Assembly: GCA_964016885.1 (NCBI GenBank)
Contig: OZ024740.1
Coordinates: forward strand, 400,644,001-400,708,000
Length of the DNA: 64,000 nucleotides
Reading direction: 5' to 3'
Source: Eledone cirrhosa
Taxonomy: Eukaryota
The notes beneath the pieces were generated by a model, which was given only the letters and a program-made list of their open reading frames with translations, was not told the origin of the DNA and searched no databases. Below are positions 39,884 to 53,261 of this stretch, piece after piece. The number at the start of each line of letters is the position of its first letter. Positions within the stretch are counted from its first letter, which is position 1. The position numbers and the translations under genes are program-made.

Positions 39884-42800
39884 ATCGGTCGATTTGACCT
39901 GGCCGATAGATATCGACTAGATTTTCCGACTGCGCCAACCTGGACTTGGGCAAATCGTAGCGGATCATCTAGGTCGTACCTAGATAGGTTCTTAGTTAGA
40001 ATTAAGGATAAGGACTTTTTAAGTTGTCCAAAAATGCGCATGGTTGGCTATTCAGACCACAAATTAGTGACCTGCATGGTCAACCTTGACAGAACTCATA
40101 GACAGGGCCCCGGTTACTGGAAGCTCAACTTGTCCTTGCCGGCAAGTAGAGCCTACAGGAATCGGATTAGTACGTTAGTTAAGGAACGGTTGACTGGAGC
40201 GATCGTCAACAGCAGGTGGTGGGTATCTCTAAAGAGAGAGATTAGAGTAGTCTCGATAGAATTTAGTAAGGTTCTAGCTGCGGATAGGAATAGGAAGGAA
40301 AGGGAGCTAATAGATAGAGTAGAAGAGGCAATTAGAAGCGGCGACGTGGCCAGAGTGCTAGCGTCGAGAACGGCTTTGAGCCAGTTTTTCGACGCGAAGC
40401 ACGAAGGCTGCGTTGTCCGAAGTAAAATACGTGCTCTAGGGAACGAGGGGACCAAAGCTGTTAGCTTGGCCCGCGTGACAGAGGCCAACAGTGGAACTAA
40501 ATCCACCATCCGGTCTTTGCGAGACCTGGATGGACGGGCGATTCTTGAGCCTAAGCAGATGTGTGAGGCCTTTCAAAGGCACTTTGCCCGACTGTTCGGG
40601 AGGGGCGGGGAGCCGGTTGGGAACGTGGACTTCGGTCCATACCTCGACGGCCTGCCGCGCCTCTCGGACAGGGAGGCGAAGTCCTGCGAGGAGCCGATTT
40701 CGGCCGCTGAGATAGAGGACGTGCTGAGCCAATGCGGCAAACGCAAATCCCCGGGTCTCGATGGTCTTCCTTACGAATTATATCTAGCTATGCCGGACTT
40801 GTTCCCCGATCTCCTCGAGGCGGTCTACTGCAACTGGCAACAGAACGGGAGAATTCCCTGTACTGTGACCAAGGGCGTAGTCACGCTAGTGAGGAAGGAC
40901 GAGAACAAGGGGGACGAAATAAGTAACTTCAGGCCCATAACACTGCTAAATACAGAGTTACAGATTTTGGCCAAGGTGCTAGCAAAGAGGTTGGCGCTTG
41001 TCGTGGGCAACCTGGTGGGAGATGCGCAGACATGCGCTATCCCGTCCAGGTCCATCCATGACAACCTCCACCTCATGCGATACATCATAGAGAGGGTTGG
41101 GAACGAACCCGGCTTTGGTGGGGCTCTGATCAACTTGGATCAATCTAAGGCGTTCGATAGGGTCGACCATGGTTACCTGGATGCGGTGCTAGCGGCGGCA
41201 GGCTTCGGACCCGTTTTCAGGGGCTGGATCACTGCTATGCACAGCAGCCGCATCTGCTCTAGGGTCAAGGTGAACGGCTACCTCTCGGAGCCGTTCAAAA
41301 TCGCGCGGTCCATCCGACAAGGGTGCCCTCTCTCCTCCCTTCTATATGTGTTGACTCTCGAGCCACTACTGCGGAAGTTGGAGTTGTTGCAGGGCATCCC
41401 TTTGGAACCGGGATTGCGGAAAGCGGTGTCGGCCTACGCCGATGACGTGACAGTAATGGTGTCGACGGCCTCCGAAATCGAGGCGGTCGGCACCTTACTG
41501 GAGGAGTACGAAAAGTTCACAGGGGCTAAGCTGAACCAGGACAAGTCGATCGGTTTGCAACTCGGCACGTGGAGGGGCAGACCGATGCCCTCCGATAGCG
41601 TCGTCGGACGCTGGACGGAGGGCCCGGTGAAGTTGCTCGGGGTCTGGTTCGGACCGGACCTCCAGGTGGAGAAAAACTGGGCGGAGGTTACGAACAGGGT
41701 GTTTGCACTGACCCAGAAGTGGGCCAGTTGCAAACTATCCCTGAAAGGTCGGGCGGAGGTGGCGAACACCTACATAGCGTCCGTCATCTACTACCGCCTG
41801 ACCGTAGTGCCCTGCCCAAGGGAAACCCTCACCAAGATGGAGCGCGCGCTCTTCCAATTCCTTTGGAAGAGGCGGGCTCCTATGGTGAGGAGATCCATCT
41901 GCTGTCAACACCCTTCGAAAGGAGGGCTGGGGATGCCGTGGCTAATGATGCGTAAACACGCATTAAGGCTACGGCACCTCTACGTATTCCTCACCGGACA
42001 ACCGGTGTGGGCCTCGTTTGTGAGACGAACCTTTCCCAGACTCGTCTCACTCACCGAGCTGCAATCCTGGGTCAAGCAAAGACCGAGAAAACTGGGCGCC
42101 TGGCACACTGAGTGTGCCCAGGCGCTCACCGCCCTCTGGCAGGCGGATCCGGTTATCAGTGGAGACTCCACCGCAACATTCTATAGAGGGCTGGTACGCA
42201 GCAGGTGCGACGACGCCCTCGGAGAAGCCCTAGACATGGAGGAGGACGAACTGGCCAGCCTGTTCGGTAGGACATTCAGCCCGGGACCTATGGACAACTT
42301 CCAGAAGTCCCTGGCCTGGCAGTGCTACCGAGGGGCTTTACCCGTTCGAGAAAGGCTCTACAGACACGGGCGCCCGGGTAGGGACCCCGCCAAAAAGATC
42401 TGTCCCAGATGCGTGTGCGACGAGGAAACCGTTGCACACGCATTAGTACACGGCTCGGGCGTAGCCGATCTGTGGGGCTATGTCGAACAACTGCTGTCAA
42501 GGGTGGGACCGATCCGGTTGACCACCGAGTCTATTGTAATGATCAAGCCGCCTCCCCCCTTCAAAGATGAAGCAGAGGCGGTGTTTCTGTGCGTAATAGC
42601 CATGGCGAAAGAGGTTGTATGGTGGACGCGTCTGAAAGGACTGAGGTCGGGCACCTTTCTCTCTGGCCAACAACTGGTCCGTTTCTTCCGATATCATTTC
42701 GGAAGAAGGATCAGGATGGAGAGAGAGGTGCTGCACCCCAGCCGTTTCTATGAAAGATGGGTGAAAGTGGCGAGAATGGCCCGTGTGAATGGGCCTTCAC

Positions 42801-43080
42801 TCTACATCAGACTATAGGTGAGGAAGATGAAAGACCAAGGGAGCACCCCTCCTCTGTGCTCCTGAGGAGAAGGGTTGCACACTTTTTTCGGGGGTGTGTG
42901 CGACCCCCCAAGGCGCCTCCTCTCTATTGAGGATTTTGTAAAAAATTTTATTTTTTGTTATATCTTATTTTATTTTTATATTTTGTTATTGCCTCCTCCT
43001 TATTGAGGACGCCTTTTTGTGTAAACTCCCCCCTTTGTACTTGTCCCACTTTTGATGCCCTAGTGGCAAATAAAAGAAAT
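39883..43080 (+). mobile_element. Tx1/L1-type LINE copy 2, 5'-truncated within the APE endonuclease
   Basis: Starts after (ATCT)n, ends gtggcaaataaaagaaat + (ATCT)n. The 3' UTR matches copy 1. Confidence 0.92.
39884..42817 (+). CDS. Tx1/L1 ORF2 (partial APE endonuclease, RT, C-terminal Zn knuckle); open frame but no start or N-terminus
   Basis: SYLDRFLV and SDH (APE C-terminus), GYWKLN, KSPGLDG, FRPITLLN, LDQSKAFDRVDH, RQGCPLS, YADD, GGLG, CPRC..H..H. The first ~18 aa of the listed ORF come from copy 1's tail and the microsatellite. Confidence 0.9.
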   Translation: MGRFDLADRYRLDFPTAPTWTWANRSGSSRSYLDRFLVRIKDKDFLSCPKMRMVGYSDHKLVTCMVNLDRTHRQGPGYWKLNLSLPASRAYRNRISTLVKERLTGAIVNSRWWVSLKREIRVVSIEFSKVLAADRNRKERELIDRVEEAIRSGDVARVLASRTALSQFFDAKHEGCVVRSKIRALGNEGTKAVSLARVTEANSGTKSTIRSLRDLDGRAILEPKQMCEAFQRHFARLFGRGGEPVGNVDFGPYLDGLPRLSDREAKSCEEPISAAEIEDVLSQCGKRKSPGLDGLPYELYLAMPDLFPDLLEAVYCNWQQNGRIPCTVTKGVVTLVRKDENKGDEISNFRPITLLNTELQILAKVLAKRLALVVGNLVGDAQTCAIPSRSIHDNLHLMRYIIERVGNEPGFGGALINLDQSKAFDRVDHGYLDAVLAAAGFGPVFRGWITAMHSSRICSRVKVNGYLSEPFKIARSIRQGCPLSSLLYVLTLEPLLRKLELLQGIPLEPGLRKAVSAYADDVTVMVSTASEIEAVGTLLEEYEKFTGAKLNQDKSIGLQLGTWRGRPMPSDSVVGRWTEGPVKLLGVWFGPDLQVEKNWAEVTNRVFALTQKWASCKLSLKGRAEVANTYIASVIYYRLTVVPCPRETLTKMERALFQFLWKRRAPMVRRSICCQHPSKGGLGMPWLMMRKHALRLRHLYVFLTGQPVWASFVRRTFPRLVSLTELQSWVKQRPRKLGAWHTECAQALTALWQADPVISGDSTATFYRGLVRSRCDDALGEALDMEEDELASLFGRTFSPGPMDNFQKSLAWQCYRGALPVRERLYRHGRPGRDPAKKICPRCVCDEETVAHALVHGSGVADLWGYVEQLLSRVGPIRLTTESIVMIKPPPPFKDEAEAVFLCVIAMAKEVVWWTRLKGLRSGTFLSGQQLVRFFRYHFGRRIRMEREVLHPSRFYERWVKVARMARVNGPSLYIRL

Positions 43081-43081
43081 A

Positions 43082-43147
<66 letters not shown>

Positions 43148-43237
43148 GCTAGCTAGCTAGCTAGCTATCTACCTATCTATCGACCAACACAGATACACAC
43201 TCACACATTTATCATATTTGTGTGCGTGTGAGGTGTT

Positions 43238-43289
<52 letters not shown>

Positions 43290-43786
43290 TTAAGCAAAAA
43301 TATCGGATCAGAAAATGTAGGCTTTTACTTATCTAATAACTCGACCATATATGAATATATTCCACCCTTTTGGTGGAATATATTCATATAATAATTCAGA
43401 GATACAACATTTTCACCATGCGGTCGAGCAAAGAAATGGTTAGTAGGATATATTTTCAACTTGTCCTCTTATTTCTAAGAAGGATTCTATCCCGATGAAG
43501 GAACCATAATTCTTCCAATATTCGTTATTCCAATGTTTTGGAATCCCTGATATTGTATCTTGAGATCCAAAAATCATGGTTGGGTTTTATATAAAGTAAA
43601 GCCGACATTTGTTTAGCCGATTTGACTTGTATTCCCCGCAAAATAAGATTTTGGATTAAGTTTAATGTTTTAATACTTTTCCGAGTGGATAATTTATTAA
43701 TATATCTCATCTTTTCATTGAGATGTTTAGGAATTAGATACAGTTAAGTTTATAGAGATATAAAGTAATATATATATATATAATTA

Positions 43787-43834
<48 letters not shown>

Positions 43835-43870
43835 ACAAGTAGGTATGTTTTGAAACAGTGAGCAAGTTTG

Positions 43871-44052
43871 AAATAAGAAAATAGAAGCTTTCACTGTATT
43901 TTTTGACTAAAGAAATGTTAACCTGATAGTGGGATTTAGAACCCTCAGAGAAATGGAAAAAGATGAGTTTTGACGTACCGTCAATAACCCCACTAGCAGG
44001 TTAAAATTTCTTTAGTAAAAAAATACGGTGAAAGCTACTATTTTCTAATTTC
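43871..44052. repeat. Inverted repeat with ~65-bp arms next to (TA)n
   Basis: 43871-43935 versus 43986-44052, imperfect reverse complement. Confidence 0.7.
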
Positions 44053-44721
44053 ATATATTTATTTGTATATTTGTCTGTGTATGTATGTGAGTGTATTGTG
44101 TATAGGTAACTAAGTGTGGGCGCCTGTAGATACTTACATATACGTTTACACGATAGCTTGTACAATGACCGATAATGTCGAAAACTACTTGTGAGCTTAA
44201 CACATGATTTAGATTATGAGCTAAGTACGCCATGAGAGTAAACACAAATCTCAATATTTCTCTACTTCGTTAACGCGTTTTTTCACTCTAACCATATTTG
44301 GTGACGATGTGAGATTTCTCATTGTGAGACTGCTGGAATTTCAAATTTGGCGGTCACTCTAGCACGGACGGGTACCATCGCTGAATATTAATATCGGTAA
44401 GGTTTTTTTTATATCGATATTTTCGGGCATCCACTGAATAAGTGCCCACCTACATATATTCCTATGCACTATGTGTAGGCTTCTACATAACCCGGACATT
44501 ATTTTCCCAATTTGTGGAAAACTTATGATGAAACGATCGTTTGGAAAGAGAGATGTATTTAATTATGTCTCATAAAAAATAATACAACTGGCTATCTACA
44601 AAATACGTATAGTTAGCACCCCAAACGTATAATTGGGATTATACTAAGGTATATCCAAATGTTTGTTAAGTGAGACGTAAGCCGGTCGGAGTATTACTTA
44701 AAGCTTTCTCTGTTAATGTAT

Positions 44722-44765
<44 letters not shown>

Positions 44766-44800
44766 TGTGAGAAAAACCACAGACCCCCCATCTCAACTCA

Positions 44801-44850
44801 CCTTTTGAAAAGCAGAAGAACTGCGAAACCGGTAAAGGAACCAAATAAAT
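44801..44850 (+). ncRNA. Degenerate minimal hammerhead
   Basis: cctt-TTGAAAA-gcag(aagaa)ctgc-GAAAC-cg-GTA-aagg followed by AATAAA. Stems intact, core mutated. Confidence 0.45.
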
Positions 44851-45580
44851 ATATATATTTAAAAAAAAAGTAAGACTCCAGTTGCATTTTCGATTCCATC
44901 TCTCTTTCTTTATACTTTCACTCGTGTAGGACACCTCGGTTATTTTTCAATTTGTAAAAAAAACCTCACTTTCTAATATATATATATGTGTGTGTATGTA
45001 TGTATATATATATATATATATGGCAGCTGCCAACTCGTTTTCGAGTACGACCACTACTTTATATCCATGTAGGAGAACCCCTACCAATGCGCTAAACGAG
45101 TGTGACGTTTTAATCCAGCCAGCGACTTGAAAACTCTGGTACAAACACTACACTTGTGACAATTATTAACATATAGTGCTGGGCCTATGGTACCATGTGA
45201 CGACAAGTGCAGAGAGATCTCCAGATATAAAGCAATGCCTGTGCCGTGAAGCTTTTATAGTGAGAAAAGGCACTGCACAAAGCCAGTCCCACTCTCTTAA
45301 CCAAGATGATATTTACCAAAAAGAAGAACAAGTCAGCATCATTGGATACCATCAGGGTTGCAGGTGTTATATCAGAGTTTTCCTTTTTCTAGAATTCTGC
45401 CTCGACAGAGGCTAAGGGGTCATCTCTCCCGGTGATTTTGGATGGCCATTGACACTTTTGAGCTCCTTTGCCCTTTGACAGGTTTTGTTTTTAGTCCTGC
45501 AGGATGTCCAAAGTCCCCCTCTTCACCAAGAAACCTTGGTGGGGTTGCCAGTTTAGTCGCCAACGACCCTATGTATGTAT

Positions 45581-45639
<59 letters not shown>

Positions 45640-45829
45640 CATACATACATAGCATACAACTTTGCACCAATCATCATTCTCGTGCGACTGTGTGCCCATA
45701 CTTATTGTTTGTGCTCTTTATTTTGTGTGTATAATGTACCAGATTATTGTTAGATAAGATATAGCAGAGTTAGTAAATACATTTAAGGTTTTTGGATATA
45801 TATCCATCTCTCTCTCCCTCTCTATCCCC

Positions 45830-45864
<35 letters not shown>

Positions 45865-45866
45865 CA

Positions 45867-46138
<272 letters not shown>

Positions 46139-46511
46139 AATATATGTATGTATGTATGTAATGCAAATGATTTGCTTGTACGCAGACCGATTCATATGCG
46201 TGTAGGCTTTCTTACGGGACTGAATAAAAGATGAATAAAAAATGACGTCGTGCTTGATCCTATTCGAGATGCTTCAGATAAGACGATTACGTTCTTTCAA
46301 TAACAGCGGCAAGATGGCGTGCATCGTTGCATGACCTAAGTTAGTGATCCAGGGAAACCTGCCATTTAGATGGAATCAAACGGATAAAAGAAACCAATGA
46401 ATAGTAATGGAGAGGTAGGGGACATCTATAATCACATGTAAATGACGACTGTAATACCATCAAATCAATTGGTTGACTATACGTGGTGGGGTTGCTTTTG
46501 AATGTTTATAT

Positions 46512-46621
<110 letters not shown>

Positions 46622-46761
46622 GGTGAGAGAGAGAGTGAGAGACATATGTATATAGATATATATATATAGATATATATATAGATATATATATGTATATATA
46701 TATATACATATACACAGACGCACATATATATATATATATACATATACATATACACACACAT

Positions 46762-46833
<72 letters not shown>

Positions 46834-47225
46834 GTATATATTTATATATACACGTATATATTTATATATATACACGTATATATATATATGTTTTATAACA
46901 TGACAGCTACATGAAATGTTCAGGAATTGATAGCTACCGAAGTAGTTATCGATTTTATCGTGCACTGTGTCCATACATTTGTGTGTGCACGTGTGTGTGT
47001 CCGTTTGGATTTTCTTAATGTCTCCACGTTTGTAGCTCCATATATAAATGAATACATTTACATAAACACAGATATTCGTAGGAATATATTTATACACACA
47101 CATGTATGTATATACATGTGTTTATGCACACACACAAATACACACATGCATTCACACACACATACACACGCGCGCGCACGCACACACACACACACACACA
47201 TATATATATCTATTTATGTATGTAC

Positions 47226-47261
<36 letters not shown>

Positions 47262-47335
47262 ATCTACGTACATACATAAATACCCAAATATACACACGCG
47301 CGCACACACACACATATATATGTGTGTGTGTATAT

Positions 47336-47383
<48 letters not shown>

Positions 47384-47502
47384 ATCTACGTACATACATA
47401 AATACATACATATAAATACATATATATATATTATATATTTACATATATATATATATATATATATATACCTATCTACGTATATACATAAATACATACATAT
47501 AA

Positions 47503-47606
<104 letters not shown>

Positions 47607-47689
47607 ATATTCATATTAGTTCATATCTTGATGTGTGGTTACGCTAGCTCGTTTGTATGTATGTAATGCCTGCATATTTCCGTTTTCAT

Positions 47690-48460
47690 TGAATAGTGAA
47701 CGTTTCCTTAAAATCTATGTTGAAGCGAAATACTAATCTGGTGAAAACATTGTATTTCTTGTATTCAAAGTATTCTGTGAAAGATCATTATGTAGTTATA
47801 ATATCTTAGTTGCGTATAATCATGAGTTGATTGCTTTTTTTGAGAATCCTGCAAGAAACTTTGATGTATAGGGTATGTTTTTTTATGCATAAAATTGTTT
47901 TTTCTTTCTTTCGATAAACGATGTTCATAATGGAATTTGGTACTGGTGTTCAATAAACTATTTATTTGATAATGCTGAATCTTGGTGCATTATCACAGAT
48001 CTCATTGTTGAGGCCTTAGATTTTTTTACAGCTTTCTTCTGAATTTAAATGTTATTTCTCTGGGATATTCTATTGAATACAGAACGTTGTCAGTTGTAGA
48101 AATTGTTCGTTTGCTAAAATAATTGTTATCCAACATTTGAGATCTGTGCATGCTTCAAAGTATATAACAATGTTTTACAGCAGTCATTTGACTAAAGAAT
48201 TGCTGTAAACGTTCATGATAAATGTTGCTGTGATTGATCTTGCTGTTTTATGAATATATTTCTGATACAGTTTTGATCTCTTCCTTCGTAAAATATAATG
48301 CATTTCGATTGATCTGGAGGAATTCCATCATTTCTTTTGTGTTCGACTATATGAATTTGTTAAAAGTTTGTTTCATTTGTTCATTATGGCAGGTTCATAC
48401 AATTCTTATAATAGAATGTCATGTGAGTTTCCTAATTTGTGATTTTTTCTCTCCAAATGT
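47690..48460 (-). pseudogene. Highly decayed Penelope-like RT fragment
   Basis: Broken minus-strand motifs NAPRF..IPL*xIV..KTY..SKFLAG, resembling PRFYGLPKIHK..PLRPIVS..PTY..SKFL. Confidence 0.4.
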
Positions 48461-48641
48461 TTGATACCTACCCGTTTAAAAGGGCACATTTTACTTTGCG
48501 CTATACATATTATTTCTTTTATGTGCACATATATATTTTTAGTTCATTTATTCATATATATACATTTACATATATATATGTATTTTTTATATATATATAT
48601 ATACATATATCAATAGATAGAGAGATAGATAGATAGATAAG

Positions 48642-48687
<46 letters not shown>

Positions 48688-49185
48688 TATATATAAATGT
48701 GTGTGTATGTATCATATATATATATATATATATATACATAGTTGTGTATGGCGTGTATATGTTTACACTAGTGAAGTCGTGACGTCAATAATGACGGCTA
48801 TATACTTGCACGTATATAGGCAACGTTTAATAACGACACAGGGAAATGATTAAAGAACGGTATAATATTTTTATAATGCATTTCTAGAATATAATTTCAT
48901 AAATATTCACTAAATATGTACAAATTAAATACCGGATTAAATGTAAGAGTAAATTTGGAGAACTACTTATTTACAGGGGAAAATGTATAATTAAAACATA
49001 GGGGCTTGCGATTGGAAAGCAAACCTCTTATAGTTGAAACATGACCGAGATATAGATTATGTGTAAATTTTAAAGATTATAGATAGACAAATACGCGCGG
49101 GCACACATACCCACTCACACACACACACACACACACGCACACACGCACACACGCACGCACACACACACACACACACATACACACA

Positions 49186-49224
<39 letters not shown>

Positions 49225-49243
49225 ACACACGCACACACACACG

Positions 49244-49274
<31 letters not shown>

Positions 49275-49889
49275 TTATTGCCTAGTTTTCGTTCGTTGTC
49301 TTTTCCTCCTTATGTTCATTTTCCTAAGTTTATCATTGTATATATATGCTCCGAAGAGATTGTTTTGGTAAAAGCAGGAGTAAACAGGCGAAACCTCTCA
49401 ACATTCGTAGTTTGTAGTTACGATGGAGATTCAGTATAATAACACTATTAATAAAGATGCTGATGTTACATAAATCATTTATTCATTATAATTATTTCAA
49501 CGGTTCTCCCATAGAATCAAGATGTAATCCATGCATTTGTTGTTATGAGAACTGTATCTTCAGATGAAATTCGATTTTGTGATATGCTGCCGGTAGGGAA
49601 AAAAACACACGTCCTTCTGCTCCTGCGTCCAGCAGATATATCTGAGAGGACAAGGCAACGAACTTAAACAATGCAAAACGAAAAACAATTCTTTTTTAAG
49701 GGAAACCGTAAAAAAATATTTTTTGAAAATAAAAATATAAACAAAAGATACAGAAATCCAGGGTCTTCGGTCACTGAGATTGACTTTGGCTGTGTTGACC
49801 CCTACCAACGGTACTGCTGGTCCACGTGGGGTCAGAGTTTTTGACATAATCCAAAGCGCCGTCCAGGAGGATGCTATTAATGTGGCTCA

Positions 49890-50030
49890 TGAGAGCAATC
49901 CTACGCTGTTCTGTTCATTTCCTTGTTCCAGCGATCTTCGGTATCAAGATAAAAAGCTGCCTTCTTCCAATGGGCAGGCCACTCGCCTGTTTTCACAATT
50001 CTATTGCATAGTCGGTACAATATCTTAATT
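49890..50030 (-). pseudogene. LINE RT fragment (RTE-like)
   Basis: ILYRLCNRIVKTGEWPAHWKKAAF matches the segment before RT domain 1. Confidence 0.55.
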
Positions 50031-50409
50031 ATTGTTTCGTTGTCTGTTTTTAAAATACCATTTAAATGCTGGGTCAATTTAATCGACATTTTTATTTCCT
50101 AATTGCTGTCCTTATGCATAAATTAGTATCCATCATTTAACCCAATGTCAGCCCTGATCCAGCAGTCTGATGATCAAAGGAATTAGAGCCCTGACTATTC
50201 AATCGTTTCTTAGTTATTGATGACTTCCTCAAATTATCTAATGTGTTTTGCTTAATTTTACTAAAACAAACGGTTGCTATTTGAAGAGATTTGGGTGTTG
50301 TTTCCCGCAAGTCGAGCGGCCGTATACATGGTGTTTGCTGTTTAACAATTATTTGGATTTAAAATAATTTTACTCCTGTTTACACCTGATTGCACAACCA
50401 CTTAGATGA

Positions 50410-50574
50410 TCTTCTTCTTCTTCTTCTTCTTCTTCTTCTTCTTCTTCTTCTTCTTCTTCTTCTTCTTCTTCTTCTTCTTCTTCTTCTTCTTCTTCTTCTT
50501 CTTCTTCTTCTTCTTCTTCTTCTTCTTCTTCTTCTTCTTCTTCTTCTTCTTCTTCTTCTTCTTCTTCTTCTTCT
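50410..50574. repeat. (TTC)n microsatellite
   Basis: Directly visible; a second tract lies at 51601-51730. Confidence 0.98.
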
Positions 50575-51732
50575 ATTGTAGCCAGTGATGTACATTCTTC
50601 AAACCTATTACAAATGCTTGTTTCCTTCATCAAAGAAATTGATTGTTTATAAATCATCAATATGACTCTCATTGTCATCATCAAAATCACTGGCGCCGTA
50701 CAATTACTAATAGTTGTCTCTATAAGGAACACAACAGAAATATTAAGTTGCTTGAATTAACACATTGTGATAAATACTTCCCTCGCCTTTCGTTCATCTA
50801 TATTGCATTTTTACCAGAAATCACTTCGGCCAATATAACCGACTGAAATTGTGTTGCCCTTTTCTAAATTTAGAAATAATTATTGCCGTAACTTAACTAA
50901 AGTTACCAAAATTTATTTTAAAATATTTTATCGAATTCTTAATCTAGATTCTTAGTATTGAGAGTTGTACTTTAATTAATTTTTCCTTATATCATTATAT
51001 TTTATTTTTATATTTCTTCATTTTATCATTGGTTTGCCAAGCAATTTATTCTCTCAATGAAACATTATCTTCCTTCAATAAATTTCGCTCTTTCTATATA
51101 TTTTCCTGTCACTATATCTTACTTTTCTCTATCTATACTTTTTTCTTTCTTCGTTTCTCTTTTTTTATGTTTATGCCATCCTACATTTCTTCCTTTCTTT
51201 CTTTCATTCTTTATTTCTATATTCATTTATTTCTTCCCCTGTTCTTCATTCACGGTGTATAGCCACCCAACACATTAGGGTCGACTTGTTCATTTTCTTA
51301 ATGCCTTACATATTTCCCCTCCTATCTTCGGTTTCCATCTTAGCTGCCTATTATATTCACTTACCAATTCTCTTATCACATATTGTATTTTCCTCATGTT
51401 CGTCTTTTGTTACACCTTCCCGAAACATTCTCTTCAAACCAGAAACCTCAAGACGCCATATTTCTGATTTTTCTTCGCTTTACCACAGTTTTTCACTCAT
51501 TATCGTTTCTTTTTTTAGTTTTTTTTTTTTAGTTTTGCGTTTTTCCTTCATCTTATGTATTTCATCTGGTTTGACATATATCATTTCATTGGCCACCACA
51601 TTCTTCTTCTTCTTCTTCTTCTTCTTCTTCTTCTTCTTCTTCTTCTTCTTCTTCTTCTTCTTCTTCTTCTTCTTCTTCTTCTTCTTCTTCTTCTTCTTCT
51701 TCTTCTTCTTCTTCTTCTTCTTCTTCTTCTAA

Positions 51733-51871
51733 GCGCATGGCTTAGTGGTTAGAGCAGTGGGCTTGCAATTGAGTGGTTGTGAGTTCGATTCTCGGACCGG
51801 GTGATGTGTTGTTTCCTTGAGCAAGACACTTTATTTCACGTTGCTCCAGTTTACTCAGCTATAGAAATGAG
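51733..51871 (+). mobile_element. tRNA-derived SINE, family B
   Basis: A box tggcttagtggttaga, B box gagttcgattctc, core tccttgagcaagacacttta..ttgctccagtttactcagct. A degenerate copy lies near 63040-63150. Confidence 0.8.
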
Positions 51872-52159
51872 ATGATAGAACTGGGGTCCCTATCATTTAA
51901 TTACCCAATACACCTCCAAAAGATATACCTTGGAGGAGGCCAGCTAAACCTGCATAGGTTTGAGTTGTCACACACAACCTCTTCTACTCTTTTCTCTTTT
52001 ATCTCTACAACTCTGACATTCTTCTCAATTGACCAACTTATATTCTCTTCAGTTTTCCTTCCACTTCTCTATTTTTATTTTCTCCTTTCTCTGCCTATTC
52101 TCTTACAAGAATTACAACTTTAATTACAATAAAATCAACAGCATCAACAACAGCAACCG

Positions 52160-52217
<58 letters not shown>

Positions 52218-52243
52218 AAATGCTGCTACTGCTGCTGCTGCTG

Positions 52244-52295
<52 letters not shown>

Positions 52296-52321
52296 AAATG
52301 CTGCTACTGCTGCTGCTGCTG

Positions 52322-52393
<72 letters not shown>
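52160..52393. repeat. (TAC)n/(TGC)n compound microsatellite with an internal duplication
   Basis: 'aaatgctgctactgctgctgctgctgc' occurs twice, 78 bp apart. Confidence 0.95.
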
Positions 52394-52470
52394 TTAGTTG
52401 AGATCATTTATTTATTTGCTTAATTTTACCTTCGAAAGTATACAATAATTCTACATTATTATCCAACCTA

Positions 52471-52645
52471 AGGCGGTGGCTTGACAGTATCGGTAGAGCG
52501 TCGGACACCAAGCTTTGCAGCGTAGAGTTACGGCCCATCACAGTCTGAGTTCAAATCCCGTCGAGGTTAGCTTTGTCTTTCATCCTTACGAGGTCGTTAG
52601 AATAATGCCCAAAACTGCTGCCCTTGTGGCTATAGTAGAAATCAT
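52471..52645 (+). mobile_element. tRNA-derived SINE family A
   Basis: A and B boxes plus core. Confidence 0.85.
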
Positions 52646-52839
52646 TATTTTCCTACACTTGGAGTCAGATGTTACGTTGTATTTCTGAGTATACATATAT
52701 ATCATTAGCTTTATCCTACTGGGTCTGATCTAGTTGTCAATGTTAGTATTTCATTGGGAATAGGTTAGCTTTTTTTCTTTCAATATAACATTCATTATTT
52801 GCAGTGTACTAAACATTTATTTGTTGTCAAACTATATGA

Positions 52840-53016
52840 TTGTTTCTACTTTTGGCACAAGGCCAGAAATTATCCCAGTGCATTACTGGTACTTTATTTT
52901 ATCGACTCCCGTAAGGATGAAAGGCAAAGTTAACCTCGGTGGGATTTGAACTCAGATCATAAAGAGAGTTAACTCTATGCTTCAAAGCATGGCGCCCGAC
53001 CCTCTACTGATACTGT
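52840..53016 (-). mobile_element. tRNA-derived SINE family A (inverted relative to 52471-52645)
   Basis: Reverse complement of the consensus. Confidence 0.85.
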
Positions 53017-53261
53017 ATAATGTCAACTATATTTTAAAAACAGTTATGAAATGATGGAAATATCGAAAAACGAATGCTACACGTCTGCCTATGCAAAATT
53101 CGGCAATTTTGAAAATTAAACAAAAATATCCTTCCGTATCACCCAGTTTAACCAGAGCATTGGTGACATTTTGTGAGGGTGTGCAAGTGCATGATTGAGT
53201 AAAGGTGTGTAAATTTGTATATGTGTGCATGATTTATTTTTTACTAATGATGAGAGGAAAG

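Noticed and set aside
38506-42736. Alternative-frame and antisense ORFs within the Tx1 copies
   Set aside because: By-products of GC-rich coding sequence.
45370-45570. Possible HDV-like ribozyme or LINE 5' end (also 49795-49835)
   Set aside because: Could not build the nested double pseudoknot by eye.
51733-51810. tRNA gene
   Set aside because: Has A and B boxes but no clean cloverleaf, and runs into a SINE core. The same applies to family A heads.
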